Source: Candidatus Altiarchaeota archaeon
GTDB taxonomy: Archaea > Altiarchaeota > Altiarchaeia > IMC4 > SCGC-AAA252-I15
Direction: 5' to 3'
NCBI GenBank assembly: GCA_043800255.1
Contig: JAZDNF010000001.1
Span: forward strand, 160,001-224,000
Length of the DNA stretch: 64,000 nucleotides
Below, piece after piece: positions 20,421-30,965 of this stretch (positions are counted from its first letter, which is position 1; every line of letters starts with the position of its first letter). Under the pieces are notes generated by a model. That model saw nothing but the letters and a program-made list of their open reading frames with translations. It did not search any database and was not told the DNA's origin. The translations under genes were made by a program, and so were the position numbers.

Positions 20421-22333
20421 GATTAACACTCTTGGCACTATCTACTATACTCCTAATTGTCGTAATGGTAAATTATTACAATACGGCTGGCCTCGACATG
20501 ACAGTGAAACCGAAATACACGAAAGTACTGGTTCTTGGCATAGATGGCATGGACCCCCGAGTTGTCAGGGAATTGATGGCAGAGGGCAAGTTATCCAATT
20601 TTAAGCGGCTGTCTGAGGATGGTTCCTTCATGAACTTATCGACAAGCTATCCCCCACACAGTCCGGTAGCGTGGACTTCCATAGCAACCGGAGCCAACCC
20701 TGGCAGGCATAACATCTTCGATTTCATCAGGATAGACCGTGAGCGGAATCTTCCTGTTCTTTCACTATCGGAGCCTACAGCCGGCTTGACTGGCACCTCC
20801 TACCGGTCCTACGTAAGATCAGACCCCTTCTGGAGACTCATCTCAGATGCCGGCCTTCCGACGACTGTCATCAGATGGCCTATGATATTCCCCCCTGAGG
20901 AGGTTAACGGTGTTCTCCTCTCCGGGCTTGGGGTTCCCGATGTTCGCGGCCTGCTGAGCGGCTACACAGTCTATATTACAGACGGCAACTATAGAAGCGG
21001 GGACATGTCCAAGGTCGTGAAATTAGTTGAAAACGACGGACTGCTTGAAGCTGACCTGATCGGGCCGAAGGTCAGGAAGTCGGGAGAAATTGTTGATGTG
21101 AGAACCAGAATCCGGTTCAAGCTGGCGGACGACAGGTCTTCTGCCGAGATCATTGTGCAGGACCGGGCATATCCTGTGAAGGTTGGAGGTTGGAGCGATT
21201 GGGTGAGGGTGGAATTCAATGCCGGGCTTCTGAAAAAAGTCAGCGGCATTTTCAAAGCGTATCTGAAGCGTGCCGACCCTTTTGAACTTTACGTGACTTC
21301 ACTACAGGTTGACCCGGAGAACCCTGTTGTAGCTATCTCTTATCCTAAGGACTACTCGAAGGCTCTTGCAGAGGAAATCGGGCTCTACTACACTCTTGGC
21401 ATGCCTGAGGAGACGAGTGCCCTGGTTGATGGCGTGATAGATGAGAAAATCTTCCTGGAGCAGGTGGCCCAGGTCGAGGAGGAGAGGGATGCCATGTTCT
21501 GGCAGGGGTTCGAAGATTTCAAGAGGTCGGATAATGGGGTTTATGCGTTCGTCTATGATTCCTCCGACAGGATTCAACACATCTTCTGGGACGAGAAGGC
21601 TCTGGGTGGTGACGGTAAGCTGGGCGTAAATCCTGCGGTGGCAGACTATTATGTGAAAAAGGACAAGCTCATCGGAGAAATACTTAATGTTGTGGGAGAG
21701 GATACTCTGCTGCTGATAGTATCAGACCACGGTTTCACGTCATTTGAGAAAGCCGTGAGCATCAACACGTGGCTTGTCGAGAACGGCTTCATGACGCTAA
21801 GCGGGGAGGCCAAGGAAGGTGATGATAGCGCTCTGTTCAAGTATGTTGACTGGAACAGGACTAAGGCATATTCGTTAGGATTCAATTCCCTATACATCAA
21901 TGCGAAGGGTAGGGAGAAGTATGGCATAGTGGAGGACCGACAGGCAGTCGTTGGTGAGTTAATCTCAAAACTTGACACGTTAACCGACCCGGACACCGGA
22001 GCCAAGGTTGTCAACAGGGCCTACAGGCGGGAGGAAATCTACTCCGGCGATTACGTTGAGGAAGCCCCAGATATAATCATAGGTTTCAATCCCGGCTACA
22101 GGATGGCGTGGGAGAACGCCGTCGGGGGATTGAGCGATAATGTGATATACGCTAACACTAAGACGTGGAAGGGCGATCACCTTGTTGATCCAAATTTCGT
22201 GCCTGGAGTGCTTTTCACAAACGCCCGCCTGGTCGGCGACTCCGCATCGCAGCTGGATGTCACTCCAACAATCTTGGACGCTCTTGGTGTCAGAATCCCA
22301 GAGGGAACCGACGGGAGGAGCCTGCTAAGATGA
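20393..22333 (+). CDS. Membrane-anchored alkaline-phosphatase-superfamily phosphodiesterase (COG3379-like)
   Basis: VLGIDG, PPHSPVAWTSIATG, DRIQH, VSDHG and GDH motifs; N-terminal TM helix. Confidence 0.85.
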   Translation: MEKDTRKNLRLTLLALSTILLIVVMVNYYNTAGLDMTVKPKYTKVLVLGIDGMDPRVVRELMAEGKLSNFKRLSEDGSFMNLSTSYPPHSPVAWTSIATGANPGRHNIFDFIRIDRERNLPVLSLSEPTAGLTGTSYRSYVRSDPFWRLISDAGLPTTVIRWPMIFPPEEVNGVLLSGLGVPDVRGLLSGYTVYITDGNYRSGDMSKVVKLVENDGLLEADLIGPKVRKSGEIVDVRTRIRFKLADDRSSAEIIVQDRAYPVKVGGWSDWVRVEFNAGLLKKVSGIFKAYLKRADPFELYVTSLQVDPENPVVAISYPKDYSKALAEEIGLYYTLGMPEETSALVDGVIDEKIFLEQVAQVEEERDAMFWQGFEDFKRSDNGVYAFVYDSSDRIQHIFWDEKALGGDGKLGVNPAVADYYVKKDKLIGEILNVVGEDTLLLIVSDHGFTSFEKAVSINTWLVENGFMTLSGEAKEGDDSALFKYVDWNRTKAYSLGFNSLYINAKGREKYGIVEDRQAVVGELISKLDTLTDPDTGAKVVNRAYRREEIYSGDYVEEAPDIIIGFNPGYRMAWENAVGGLSDNVIYANTKTWKGDHLVDPNFVPGVLFTNARLVGDSASQLDVTPTILDALGVRIPEGTDGRSLLR

Positions 22334-23178
22334 TAAACTTGGACGAGCTTGAGAGCAAGAGCGTTTTCATAATACGGGAGGCAAAACAGAAGTTCAAGAA
22401 TCCGGCTGTCCTTTGGAGCATGGGCAAGGACTCAACAACCATGCTGTGGTTGTGCAGGAAGGCTTTTTTCGGAAGTATCCCCTTCAAGGCAGTTCACCTT
22501 GACACAGGCTGCAAGTTCAAAGAAATATATGAGTTCAGGGACCGAATCAGCAGGGAGTGGGGCATCGACCTTGTGGTGGCACGGAACAGAGAAGCAGATG
22601 CTGAGGGAATAACACCTGATGATGGCAGGTTTGAATGCTGCAACGCCAGGAAGACGGAAGCTTTGAAGCAGGTAATAGAAGAATACAAGTTCGATGCCAT
22701 ACTACTCGGAATCCGACGTGACGAGCACAGCATACGCGACAAGGAAAGGTATTTCTCCCCGAGGGACAGGAAGTTCAGATGGCGCATCTCAGAGGAGAAA
22801 AAAGGCGCAGGGGGAGACGCGCCCTACGATTCCCTGCAGGACACCGAGCTTTCCGGCTGGAACCTATTCGCAACCGACTTCAAGGACGCTGACCACGTCA
22901 GAGTCCATCCACTCCTCCATTGGACTGAGCTGGAAATATGGGAATACGTGAGGCGCGAGAACATACCCACTGTTCCGCTCTACTTCGCAAAGAACGGGAA
23001 GAGGTACAGGAGCATCGGATGCGAGTGCTGTTGTAATCCAGTGAAATCTGATTCAGATACAATCGACAAAATAATCGATGAACTCGATACAACCGACACC
23101 GAGGAGCGCGCGGGCCGCGCGCAGGACAAGGAGTCAGAGTACATGATGCAAAAGCTGAGGAGCCTGGGATACATGTGA
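22330..23178 (+). CDS. cysD: Sulfate adenylyltransferase subunit 2
   Basis: LESKSVFIIREA, WSMGKDS, GIRRDE..R.KERYFS, RVHPL, YRSIGC and KLRSLGYM motifs. Confidence 0.88.
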   Translation: MINLDELESKSVFIIREAKQKFKNPAVLWSMGKDSTTMLWLCRKAFFGSIPFKAVHLDTGCKFKEIYEFRDRISREWGIDLVVARNREADAEGITPDDGRFECCNARKTEALKQVIEEYKFDAILLGIRRDEHSIRDKERYFSPRDRKFRWRISEEKKGAGGDAPYDSLQDTELSGWNLFATDFKDADHVRVHPLLHWTELEIWEYVRRENIPTVPLYFAKNGKRYRSIGCECCCNPVKSDSDTIDKIIDELDTTDTEERAGRAQDKESEYMMQKLRSLGYM

Positions 23179-23257
23179 AAAACAACAAAACGACAGCTTT
23201 TTATATGATGGTGTTCATATAATATGTATTATTTCTACTAGTTCTGAGGGGATTTTC

Positions 23258-23881
23258 TTGGATGATAAGACTCTGAAGGGTACGACCACTATAGGTCTGA
23301 CATGCAGCGACGGTGTAGTCTTCGCCTGCGATAGCCGGGCCTCTTGGGGGACTTTCGTCGCCAGCAAGAAGGCTAAGAAGACGTTCAGGATAAACGGCAC
23401 GGTGGGTGCCTCAGTCGCTGGGAGCGTAGGCGATGCGGAGTCGCTCATCAGGCTGATGCAGGCTGAGGCCTCGCTGTATGAGATAAACACGGGCGAGGCT
23501 ATGAGCGCGAACGCGGTTGCGACGCTGCTGGCCAACATCCTCCAGGGGAACAAGTACTTCCCCTACATGGTTCAGTTGCTCGTAGGAGGCTATGATGTCA
23601 ACATGCCAAAGATTTACACTCTCGACCCTATCGGCGGGCTCATAGAGGAAAAGTACGCTGCGACGGGGAGCGGGTCTCCGATGGCATACGGCATACTGGA
23701 GCAGCATTACTCCGAGGAGAAGCCTGTCAAGGAGAACGTTAAGGTGGCTGTCAAGGCGTTGAGGGTGGCGATGGAGAGGGACACTGCCACCGGCAACAGC
23801 ATAACGGTAGTTACGATAACGAGGGACGGGTACAGGGAATTAAGCGACGACGAGATAACAAGCATTTCAAAGGCTGTTTAG
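23258..23881 (+). CDS. psmB: Proteasome beta subunit
   Basis: Short propeptide ending LKG|TTT; ATGSGS motif; TTG start. Confidence 0.95.
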   Translation: MDDKTLKGTTTIGLTCSDGVVFACDSRASWGTFVASKKAKKTFRINGTVGASVAGSVGDAESLIRLMQAEASLYEINTGEAMSANAVATLLANILQGNKYFPYMVQLLVGGYDVNMPKIYTLDPIGGLIEEKYAATGSGSPMAYGILEQHYSEEKPVKENVKVAVKALRVAMERDTATGNSITVVTITRDGYRELSDDEITSISKAV

Positions 23882-23957
23882 GCCATCCGTTCCGTCGGCT
23901 ATACACATTTCACGCATGGATTTTGTTTGATAGTGGATTGGATTTTTCTTCACGCTA

Positions 23958-25850
23958 TTGAAGATGGAATTTAAGGAAATCAAAAAGATTGTAGAGGAGA
24001 ATTCGCCTGAGGGCAAGATAATCGACGTCGACGTTGAGGGCCCGAAGATAGTATTGTACACAGATGATATGCCCTACTTCATAGACCACGGCGGCGAGGT
24101 CAGGAACCTGGCCGTTCTACTCAAGAAGAGGATAATCATACGCTCCGTCCCTGAGAAGCTGATGGCTCAAGCCAAGGCTGAGGAGAAGATCAGGGCCATC
24201 ATACCCGTAGAGGCGAGCATCGCCGACATAAGCTTTGACGAGGACTTCAGTGAGGTCAGAATAGAGGCTGAGAAGCTGGGCCTTGTCATAGGCAAACACG
24301 GTGCAACGCTTGATGAGATATCAAAGGTGACTGGATGGAATCCTAAGCTTCTGAGGAAGCCTCCAATAGACTCTAAGACCATACAGTCCATACGGAAAAC
24401 CCTCTTCGACAACAGGGGGGAGCACAAGAAGATACTCCGGAACGTTGGCAAGAAGATATACCGGAAACCAGACTCAAGTTGCGACTGGGTTAGGATAACT
24501 CCCCTGGGCGGGGCCAGAGAAGTCGGGAGGTCGTGCATGCTGGTGCAGACGCCTGGCAGCAACGTGCTGATAGACTGCGGCATAAACGTCGCAGCGTCCG
24601 ATGCAGCCCGTTTCCCGGATTTAAGGGCGGTCGATCTGGCCATATCGCAGCTTGACGCGGTAATAATCTCCCACGCACACCTGGACCACTGCGGTTTCCT
24701 GCCCTACCTTTACAAGTACGGCTATGACGGGCCGGTCTACTGTACGGAGCCTACCAGGGACCTGATGGCGCTCCTGCAGCTGGATGCCGTGGAAATAGGC
24801 CAGAGGGAGGATAATGCGCTTCCATTCGACAGCAAGGAGATCAGGAACCTGATAAAGCATACCATATCATTGGACTACGAGGATGTTGCTGACATCACGC
24901 CCGACATCAGGCTCACGTTGTACAATGCGGGACACATATTAGGTTCGTCCATAGTGCACCTGCACATCGGCGAGGGACTTCACAATCTCGTTTACACTGG
25001 AGACCTCAAGTTCGGGGACACGAGGCTGTTGGAGGCTGCGAAATTCGAGTTCCCGAGGGTGGAGACTGTGGTGATGGAGTCAACCTACGGGGGCCGCTAC
25101 GACCAGCAGCCTAAGAGGAGGGACGCTGAGGAGCTGCTGATAAGGGAGATATCTGACACTATAATGAGGGGCGGGAAGACGTTGATTCCGGTGTTCTCTG
25201 TCGGAAGGTCTCAGGAGGTTATGATGGTGCTGGAGAACGCCTTCCGCCATGGCGACCTCGAAGTCCCGGTCTTCTTGGACGGGATGATATGGGAGGCTAC
25301 TGCGATTCACACATCCTACCCCGAATACCTTAAGGATCACATAAAGTACAGGGTCTTCAACGGCTACAACCCGTTCCTGGCAGACGCCTTCGAGAAGGTC
25401 GAGCACAAGAAGAGGCAGGATATAATAGACTCGAAGGACCCGTGCATAATACTTGCGACCTCGGGGATGATGACTGGGGGTCCGTCAGTGGAATACTTCA
25501 AGAGCCTTGCGGAGGATCCGAGGAATTCTCTCAACTTTGTCGGATACCAGGCTGAGGGTTCATTGGGACGCAGGCTGCAGGGCGGCCTGAAGGAGATACC
25601 CCAGGAGATTGACGGCAAGAACAGGCTTCTGAAGGTCAACATGAACGTCAAGACGATTGAGGGCTTCTCAGGGCATGCTGACAGGAGGCAGCTCCTCGGT
25701 TATGCGAAGAAGATACGGCCTAAGCCTAGGAGAGTTCTCATAGTCCACGGCGAGGGCGATAAATCCACAAACCTTGCGATGACCCTGCAGGAGATGTTCA
25801 AGTTCGAGTGCTCAGCCCCGAGAAACCTTGACACGATACGGCTAGTCTGA
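23958..25850 (+). CDS. Beta-CASP ribonuclease aCPSF1 (FttA)
   Basis: N-terminal KH domains (GLVIGKHG); LGGAREVGRS, HAHLDH, AGHILGS and GFSGHAD motifs; adjacent to psmB. Confidence 0.95.
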   Translation: MKMEFKEIKKIVEENSPEGKIIDVDVEGPKIVLYTDDMPYFIDHGGEVRNLAVLLKKRIIIRSVPEKLMAQAKAEEKIRAIIPVEASIADISFDEDFSEVRIEAEKLGLVIGKHGATLDEISKVTGWNPKLLRKPPIDSKTIQSIRKTLFDNRGEHKKILRNVGKKIYRKPDSSCDWVRITPLGGAREVGRSCMLVQTPGSNVLIDCGINVAASDAARFPDLRAVDLAISQLDAVIISHAHLDHCGFLPYLYKYGYDGPVYCTEPTRDLMALLQLDAVEIGQREDNALPFDSKEIRNLIKHTISLDYEDVADITPDIRLTLYNAGHILGSSIVHLHIGEGLHNLVYTGDLKFGDTRLLEAAKFEFPRVETVVMESTYGGRYDQQPKRRDAEELLIREISDTIMRGGKTLIPVFSVGRSQEVMMVLENAFRHGDLEVPVFLDGMIWEATAIHTSYPEYLKDHIKYRVFNGYNPFLADAFEKVEHKKRQDIIDSKDPCIILATSGMMTGGPSVEYFKSLAEDPRNSLNFVGYQAEGSLGRRLQGGLKEIPQEIDGKNRLLKVNMNVKTIEGFSGHADRRQLLGYAKKIRPKPRRVLIVHGEGDKSTNLAMTLQEMFKFECSAPRNLDTIRLV

Positions 25851-25898
25851 ACCGTCGTATTTTTATTCCCATTCCCTATTCTTTTTGAGGGGGTTGGG

Positions 25899-26534
25899 TT
25901 GTCAAAAACTGTCAGAACCGGCTTGTTCGATAATATCCTGGAAAGGCGAAGCTGCCGTTACTTCGACTCGAAGAGGGAGGTCTCCAACTGGGATGTGATG
26001 CTTATTCTGGAGGCTGGGCGCTGGGCTCCCTCTGCCAAGAACCTGCAGCCTTATGAATTCATAATCCTCAGGGACAAGAGGCGGAGGAAGAAGCTGGCTG
26101 AGATAGCCAGGCAACCGCAGCCGAGGAAGGCTCCGGTTTCGATAGTGGTCCTGGGAGACCTGGAGATTGCAGGCCTTGCAGGCGAACTGTCCCCACATGA
26201 CACTACCACAAAATGGAAGGGGGAGCACGTTTTCATATACATGGACGTTGCAGCAGCCATTGAGAACATGCTATTGGTCGCCCACTCTCTCGGCCTCGGT
26301 TCCCTTTGGATCAGCTCCTTCGACGGCAGAGCTTTGAGAAACCTGCTGAGGATTCCAAAAAAGTTCAGGCCGCTTGCCATAATCCCCCTAGGATATCCGG
26401 CGAGGAAGCCCACCCCGCCCCCGAAGAGGAGGCTCAGGGACATAGTGCACTGGGAGAACTTCAAGCCGAGCCCCTATGACACCCAGCTCATAGAGTTCTC
26501 AAAGCAGATAAACGTTGAATCTGACCCTAGATGA
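25899..26534 (+). CDS. Nitroreductase family protein
   Basis: RRSCR, WAPSAKNLQP, NMLLVAHSLGLGSLWI and PLGYP motifs. Confidence 0.9.
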   Translation: MSKTVRTGLFDNILERRSCRYFDSKREVSNWDVMLILEAGRWAPSAKNLQPYEFIILRDKRRRKKLAEIARQPQPRKAPVSIVVLGDLEIAGLAGELSPHDTTTKWKGEHVFIYMDVAAAIENMLLVAHSLGLGSLWISSFDGRALRNLLRIPKKFRPLAIIPLGYPARKPTPPPKRRLRDIVHWENFKPSPYDTQLIEFSKQINVESDPR

Positions 26535-27723
26535 CCTTCCGTTTCCTGCTCATCGACACCCTGCTCGGCAGACCCCAGATGTCTATGAAGCCTTCAGCCT
26601 TGCTGTGGTCAAATCTATCGCTCCTGTCGTAGGTCGCCAGCCTGTAGTCGTAGAGCGAGTATCCTGACTTCCTGCCGACGATGGTGCAGCTGCCCTTGTA
26701 CAGTTTCATCCTAACCGTTCCTGTGACGACCTTCTGTGTCTCGTCTATGAACGCCTCGAGGTCGCTCTTCAGAGGTTCATACCATAGGCCATAGTAGACG
26801 AGCTGCGACCATTTTGAGTCTATAATCTCCTTGAAGGTGTTCTCCTCCCTCGTCAGCACCATCCTCTCAAGCTCCCTGTGCGCCTCCAGTATTATCGTCG
26901 CAGCCGGGCACTCATAAGTTTCCCTCGACTTTATGCCAACGAGCCTGTCCTCCATCATGTCGATCCTGCCTACGCCATGCTTCGCGCCTATGGCGTTAAG
27001 CTTCTGTATGAGTTTGACTTCTGGCATCCTCCTGCCGTTCAGCTTGACAGGTATTCCCCTCTCAAAGTCTATGGTCACATACTCCTTCTTGTTCGGGGCC
27101 TTCTCCGGTGCAGTGGTCCAGAAGAACGGCTTCTCGCTGGGCTCGCTCCAGGGGTCCTCCAGGGGCCCTGCCTCCGCGGACTTACCCCACAGGTTCATAT
27201 CGTAACTGTATGGATCCTTCTTAGTCACAGGCACCGGAATGCCGTGCTTTTTCGCGTATGCTATCGCGTCCTCCCTTGATATGGGCTTCTCCCTTGCTGG
27301 GGCTATCACTCTCAGTTTTGGGTTGAGGGCTTTCACGGTGACGTCGAACCTCACCTGGTCGTTCCCTTTTCCAGTGGAGCCGTGAGCCACAGCCTGGGCT
27401 TTCACCTTTTCGGCTACCTTGACAAGATGCTTCGCTATGAGCGGCCTGCCGAGGGCAGTCGCCAATGGGTATTTGCCTTCATACAATGCGTTAGCCTTTA
27501 TCGCAGGGTTCACGTAGTCCCTGACGAACTCCTCTCTGGCGTCGAGGCTGTACGTCTTTAATGCGCCAAGCTTCTTCGCCTTCCTCTCTATCGCCTTCAG
27601 GTCCGACTCATCCTGCCCCAGCTCAAGCGTGAGTGTCACGACGTCAGCGCCGTACTCATCCTGAAGCTGCTTTATGCAGATGGACGTGTCAAGGCCTCCC
27701 GAGTACGCTAAAACAACCTTCAT
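26527..27723 (-). CDS. argG: Argininosuccinate synthase
   Basis: AYSGGLDTS, HGSTGKGNDQVRF and GIKSRETYE motifs. Confidence 0.96.
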   Translation of the reverse strand: MKVVLAYSGGLDTSICIKQLQDEYGADVVTLTLELGQDESDLKAIERKAKKLGALKTYSLDAREEFVRDYVNPAIKANALYEGKYPLATALGRPLIAKHLVKVAEKVKAQAVAHGSTGKGNDQVRFDVTVKALNPKLRVIAPAREKPISREDAIAYAKKHGIPVPVTKKDPYSYDMNLWGKSAEAGPLEDPWSEPSEKPFFWTTAPEKAPNKKEYVTIDFERGIPVKLNGRRMPEVKLIQKLNAIGAKHGVGRIDMMEDRLVGIKSRETYECPAATIILEAHRELERMVLTREENTFKEIIDSKWSQLVYYGLWYEPLKSDLEAFIDETQKVVTGTVRMKLYKGSCTIVGRKSGYSLYDYRLATYDRSDRFDHSKAEGFIDIWGLPSRVSMSRKRKVI

Positions 27724-27772
27724 CCTGCTAATTATTTAATATACCCAATAATTAAAATCACTTTTTGGGCAA

Positions 27773-30187
27773 ATGACCGACATTCCTAAAAAATACGACC
27801 CTCATGAGTCAGAGCCGAGGCTCCAGAGGTTCTGGGAGGACGAGGACGTCTACAGTTTCGATCCGGATGCTGAGGGCGAAGTCTACAGCGTCGACACTCC
27901 GCCCCCGACAGTCTCCGGGAAGATGCACTTGGGCCACGCGTTCAGCTACGCCCAGCAGGACTTTCTCGTAAGGTACAAGCGGATGAGAGGCTATAACGTC
28001 TTCTACCCCTTCGGAACTGACGACAACGGCATCCCGACCGAACGGCTTATTGAAAAGGAGAAGAGGGTGAAAGCCCATGGCATGCCCCGGCAGGAGTTCG
28101 TGAAACTCTGCCTGAAGACGTTGGAGGAGGAGTTACGTCCAAAGTACATTGCAGACTGGAAGCGCATAGGCATGAGCTGCGACTTCGACGTACGATACAC
28201 CACGATAGACGAGCACTGCCAGAGGATATCCCAGCGCTCATTCATCCAGCTTTATAACATGGGCAGGGAGTACAGGAAGGACGCTCCAGCCATGTGGTGC
28301 CCAGAGTGCCAAACAGGAATAAGCCAGGTCGAATGCCAGGACAGGGAGCTGGACAGCTCATTCAACGACATAGTCTTCAAGGCAGACGGCAAGGAACTGA
28401 TAATAGCCACAACCAGGCCTGAGCTTCTGCCAGCGTGTGTCGCAGTCTTCTACCATCCGGACGACAAGAGATTCCAGAAGTACGAGGGGAAAAAGGCGAA
28501 AGTCCCTTTGTTTGACTTCGAGGTTCCCATCATGTCTGACGAGCGGGCAGACCCTGAGAAGGGCACTGGCATCGTGATGTGCTGCACATTCGGAGACCAG
28601 ACTGACATGGAATGGCAGAAGGCTCACAACCTGCCGATTAAGAGCGCTCTCACGCCTGATGGCAGGCTCACCGAGATAGCAGGCAAGTACAGGGGTCTGA
28701 CCGTGAAGGAGGCGCGCAAGAACATAATAGAGGACCTGAAAAAGAGTAAACTGCTCGTAAAGCAGGAGCCTATAAGGCACTCTGTCAACGTCCACGAGCG
28801 CTGCGGCACCGAAGTCGAGTTCATACACTCTAAGCAGTGGTTCATAAAGTATCTTGACCTTAAGGATGAGATGCTTGCCTGGGGGGAGCAGCTTGACTGG
28901 TACCCGAAGCACATGAAGGCGAGATACGATCACTGGGTTAACGGCCTACAGTGGGACTGGCTCATCTCAAGGCAGAGGTACTTCGGCGTCCCCTTCCCAG
29001 TATGGTACTGCAAAAAATGCGACGAGATAATACTTGCAAGGGAGGAGGACCTCCCAGTCGACCCGACTAAGGACAGCCCTCCCGTTAAAAAGTGCCCCAA
29101 GTGCAATTCAATTGAGTTCATCCCGGAGTCAGACGTCCTCGACACCTGGGCGACGTCATCGCTTACGCCGCAGCTTGCTGTTGAACTGTTCAAGGACCAT
29201 CCAATCTACAAGAGGCTTTACCCGATGAGCCTGAGGCCGCAGGCCCACGACATCATAACCTTCTGGCTATTCAATACGGTCGTGAAGTCGAGAATGCACA
29301 ACGGGGTGAACCCCTGGAGGGACGTCGCAATCTCAGGACACGCGCAGGATCCCAATGGGAAGAAGATGTCGAAGAGCAAGGGCAACGTCATAGAGCCTCA
29401 GGAGATGATAGACAAGTACTCTGCGGATTCCCTGAGGTTCTGGGCCGCGGGCTCAAAATTAGGAGAGGACCTCCCCTTCAAGGAGAAGGACCTCCTAACA
29501 GGGGACAAGTTCATAACCAAGCTGTGGAATGCCTCAAGGTTCGTGTTCATGCACCTGGAAGACTATGAGAAGGGGGAGGTCGAGCTTACTATCGCAGACA
29601 GGTGGCTTCTGACCAAACTGTCGAAAATAGTCGGCGAATGCACCGCCTACTTTGACAGATACGAGTACATGCACACGAAGGCTCTCACTGAGAAGTTCTT
29701 CTGGCAGACCTACTGCGACTATTATTTGGAGATTGTCAAGCAACGGCTCTACAAGCCTGAGTTAAGGGGCGATGACTCCCGGAGGGCCGCGCAGCATGTC
29801 CTATACCAGTCCCTCCTCACTATACTGAAGCTGATGGCTCCCGTGATGCCTCACATCACCGAGGATGTTTATCAGACCTTCTACAAAAAGTTTGAGAAGG
29901 ACAGGTCAATCCACGTCTCAGCATGGCCTTCTCCCGAACAGTTCACATCAGATGAGAAGGCCGAGAACGTCGGAGACCTTCTAATGGAGGTTGTCGGCCT
30001 CATAAGGAAGCACAAGTCAGACAACAGCATACCGCTGGGGAACGAGTTGGAGTCTGTGACCATCCGCGCGAGCGCTGATGCGATTGAAAAACTCAGGCTG
30101 GTTGAAGATGACATCAGGGGAACCGGCAGGATAAAAGAAATAAGTTTCGAAGAGAAGGGCATCGAAGGCGTTGAACTCATCTTCTAG
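27773..30187 (+). CDS. valS: Valine--tRNA ligase (archaeal type)
   Basis: DTPPPTVSG.MHLGH, TTRPEL, GTGIVMCCTFGD, ISRQR and KMSKS motifs. Confidence 0.95.
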   Translation: MTDIPKKYDPHESEPRLQRFWEDEDVYSFDPDAEGEVYSVDTPPPTVSGKMHLGHAFSYAQQDFLVRYKRMRGYNVFYPFGTDDNGIPTERLIEKEKRVKAHGMPRQEFVKLCLKTLEEELRPKYIADWKRIGMSCDFDVRYTTIDEHCQRISQRSFIQLYNMGREYRKDAPAMWCPECQTGISQVECQDRELDSSFNDIVFKADGKELIIATTRPELLPACVAVFYHPDDKRFQKYEGKKAKVPLFDFEVPIMSDERADPEKGTGIVMCCTFGDQTDMEWQKAHNLPIKSALTPDGRLTEIAGKYRGLTVKEARKNIIEDLKKSKLLVKQEPIRHSVNVHERCGTEVEFIHSKQWFIKYLDLKDEMLAWGEQLDWYPKHMKARYDHWVNGLQWDWLISRQRYFGVPFPVWYCKKCDEIILAREEDLPVDPTKDSPPVKKCPKCNSIEFIPESDVLDTWATSSLTPQLAVELFKDHPIYKRLYPMSLRPQAHDIITFWLFNTVVKSRMHNGVNPWRDVAISGHAQDPNGKKMSKSKGNVIEPQEMIDKYSADSLRFWAAGSKLGEDLPFKEKDLLTGDKFITKLWNASRFVFMHLEDYEKGEVELTIADRWLLTKLSKIVGECTAYFDRYEYMHTKALTEKFFWQTYCDYYLEIVKQRLYKPELRGDDSRRAAQHVLYQSLLTILKLMAPVMPHITEDVYQTFYKKFEKDRSIHVSAWPSPEQFTSDEKAENVGDLLMEVVGLIRKHKSDNSIPLGNELESVTIRASADAIEKLRLVEDDIRGTGRIKEISFEEKGIEGVELIF

Positions 30188-30903
30188 GCCAGCAGCCTTG
30201 CCACTGTCAGGAAGCCGGTGTGGCCGAGCATCCTCGTATGCGGTCTCACTGTGTCCATGTTCCACTCCCTCTTCATCGCTTCGAAAGTCTCGCTCCTGAA
30301 GTCCTCTCCCAGGCTGTCGTGGAACTTCTTCGACTGCTGTATGCTGGGACTGTACGAGACCACGTATCCTCCCGTCTTCAGGGCCTTTTTCGCGTGCTCT
30401 GTCACATTCCATGGTTCAGGCAGGTCCAGCACGACAAGATCAAGCTTCTTCTCCTTTATGCCAGCGCTTATGTCGCCTAGCCTGACGGTCACATTCTTCA
30501 CTCCGAACCTTTTGAAGTTCTCCTTCGCTATGCTGGCGAAGTCCTCCCTGATTTCATAGGAGACGAGCTTCGCAGGGGCTATGATGTTCGCCAGAAAGAT
30601 TGAGAGGACTCCTGAGCCGACGCCAGCCTCAACAACCCTGCTGCCTGACCTTATCCCCGTGAAGCCTGCAATAAGAGAGCAGTCCTTAAGGGTAACAGCC
30701 TGCGGGCCTCTCTTCGCCTTCCTCAAAAAGTCGGTCACATCAGGCTCCAGTATCCTGAAGGCGTGCCCTGTGTTCGACCTTACGACAGAGCCTGGCTTCC
30801 CCCTGCTCAGCTGTTTCGACGTTATCAGTCCATAATTGGTGTGCAGGTCCTTCCCCTCCTGCAATAGGTAGGTCCTGCCCTTCTCATCCAAAAGCAGTAG
30901 CAT
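30184..30903 (-). CDS. trmI: tRNA (adenine-N1)-methyltransferase
   Basis: KRGPQ, VVEAGVGSG, LDLPEPW and GHTGFLT motifs. Confidence 0.92.
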   Translation of the reverse strand: MLLLLDEKGRTYLLQEGKDLHTNYGLITSKQLSRGKPGSVVRSNTGHAFRILEPDVTDFLRKAKRGPQAVTLKDCSLIAGFTGIRSGSRVVEAGVGSGVLSIFLANIIAPAKLVSYEIREDFASIAKENFKRFGVKNVTVRLGDISAGIKEKKLDLVVLDLPEPWNVTEHAKKALKTGGYVVSYSPSIQQSKKFHDSLGEDFRSETFEAMKREWNMDTVRPHTRMLGHTGFLTVARLLA

Positions 30904-30905
30904 GG

Positions 30906-30965
30906 CTATCCTTTTTTCTTCTTTTTAGTCCCCTTCCTAGTTCCGCAGCTTCCGCATCCCATCAT
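30906..30965 (-). CDS. Candidate small ORF (M)MGCGSCGTRKGTKKKKKG upstream of trmI
   Basis: Manual translation; GAGGTGA Shine-Dalgarno sequence just upstream; stop codon 2 nt before the trmI ATG. Confidence 0.55.
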   Translation of the reverse strand: MMGCGSCGTRKGTKKKKKG

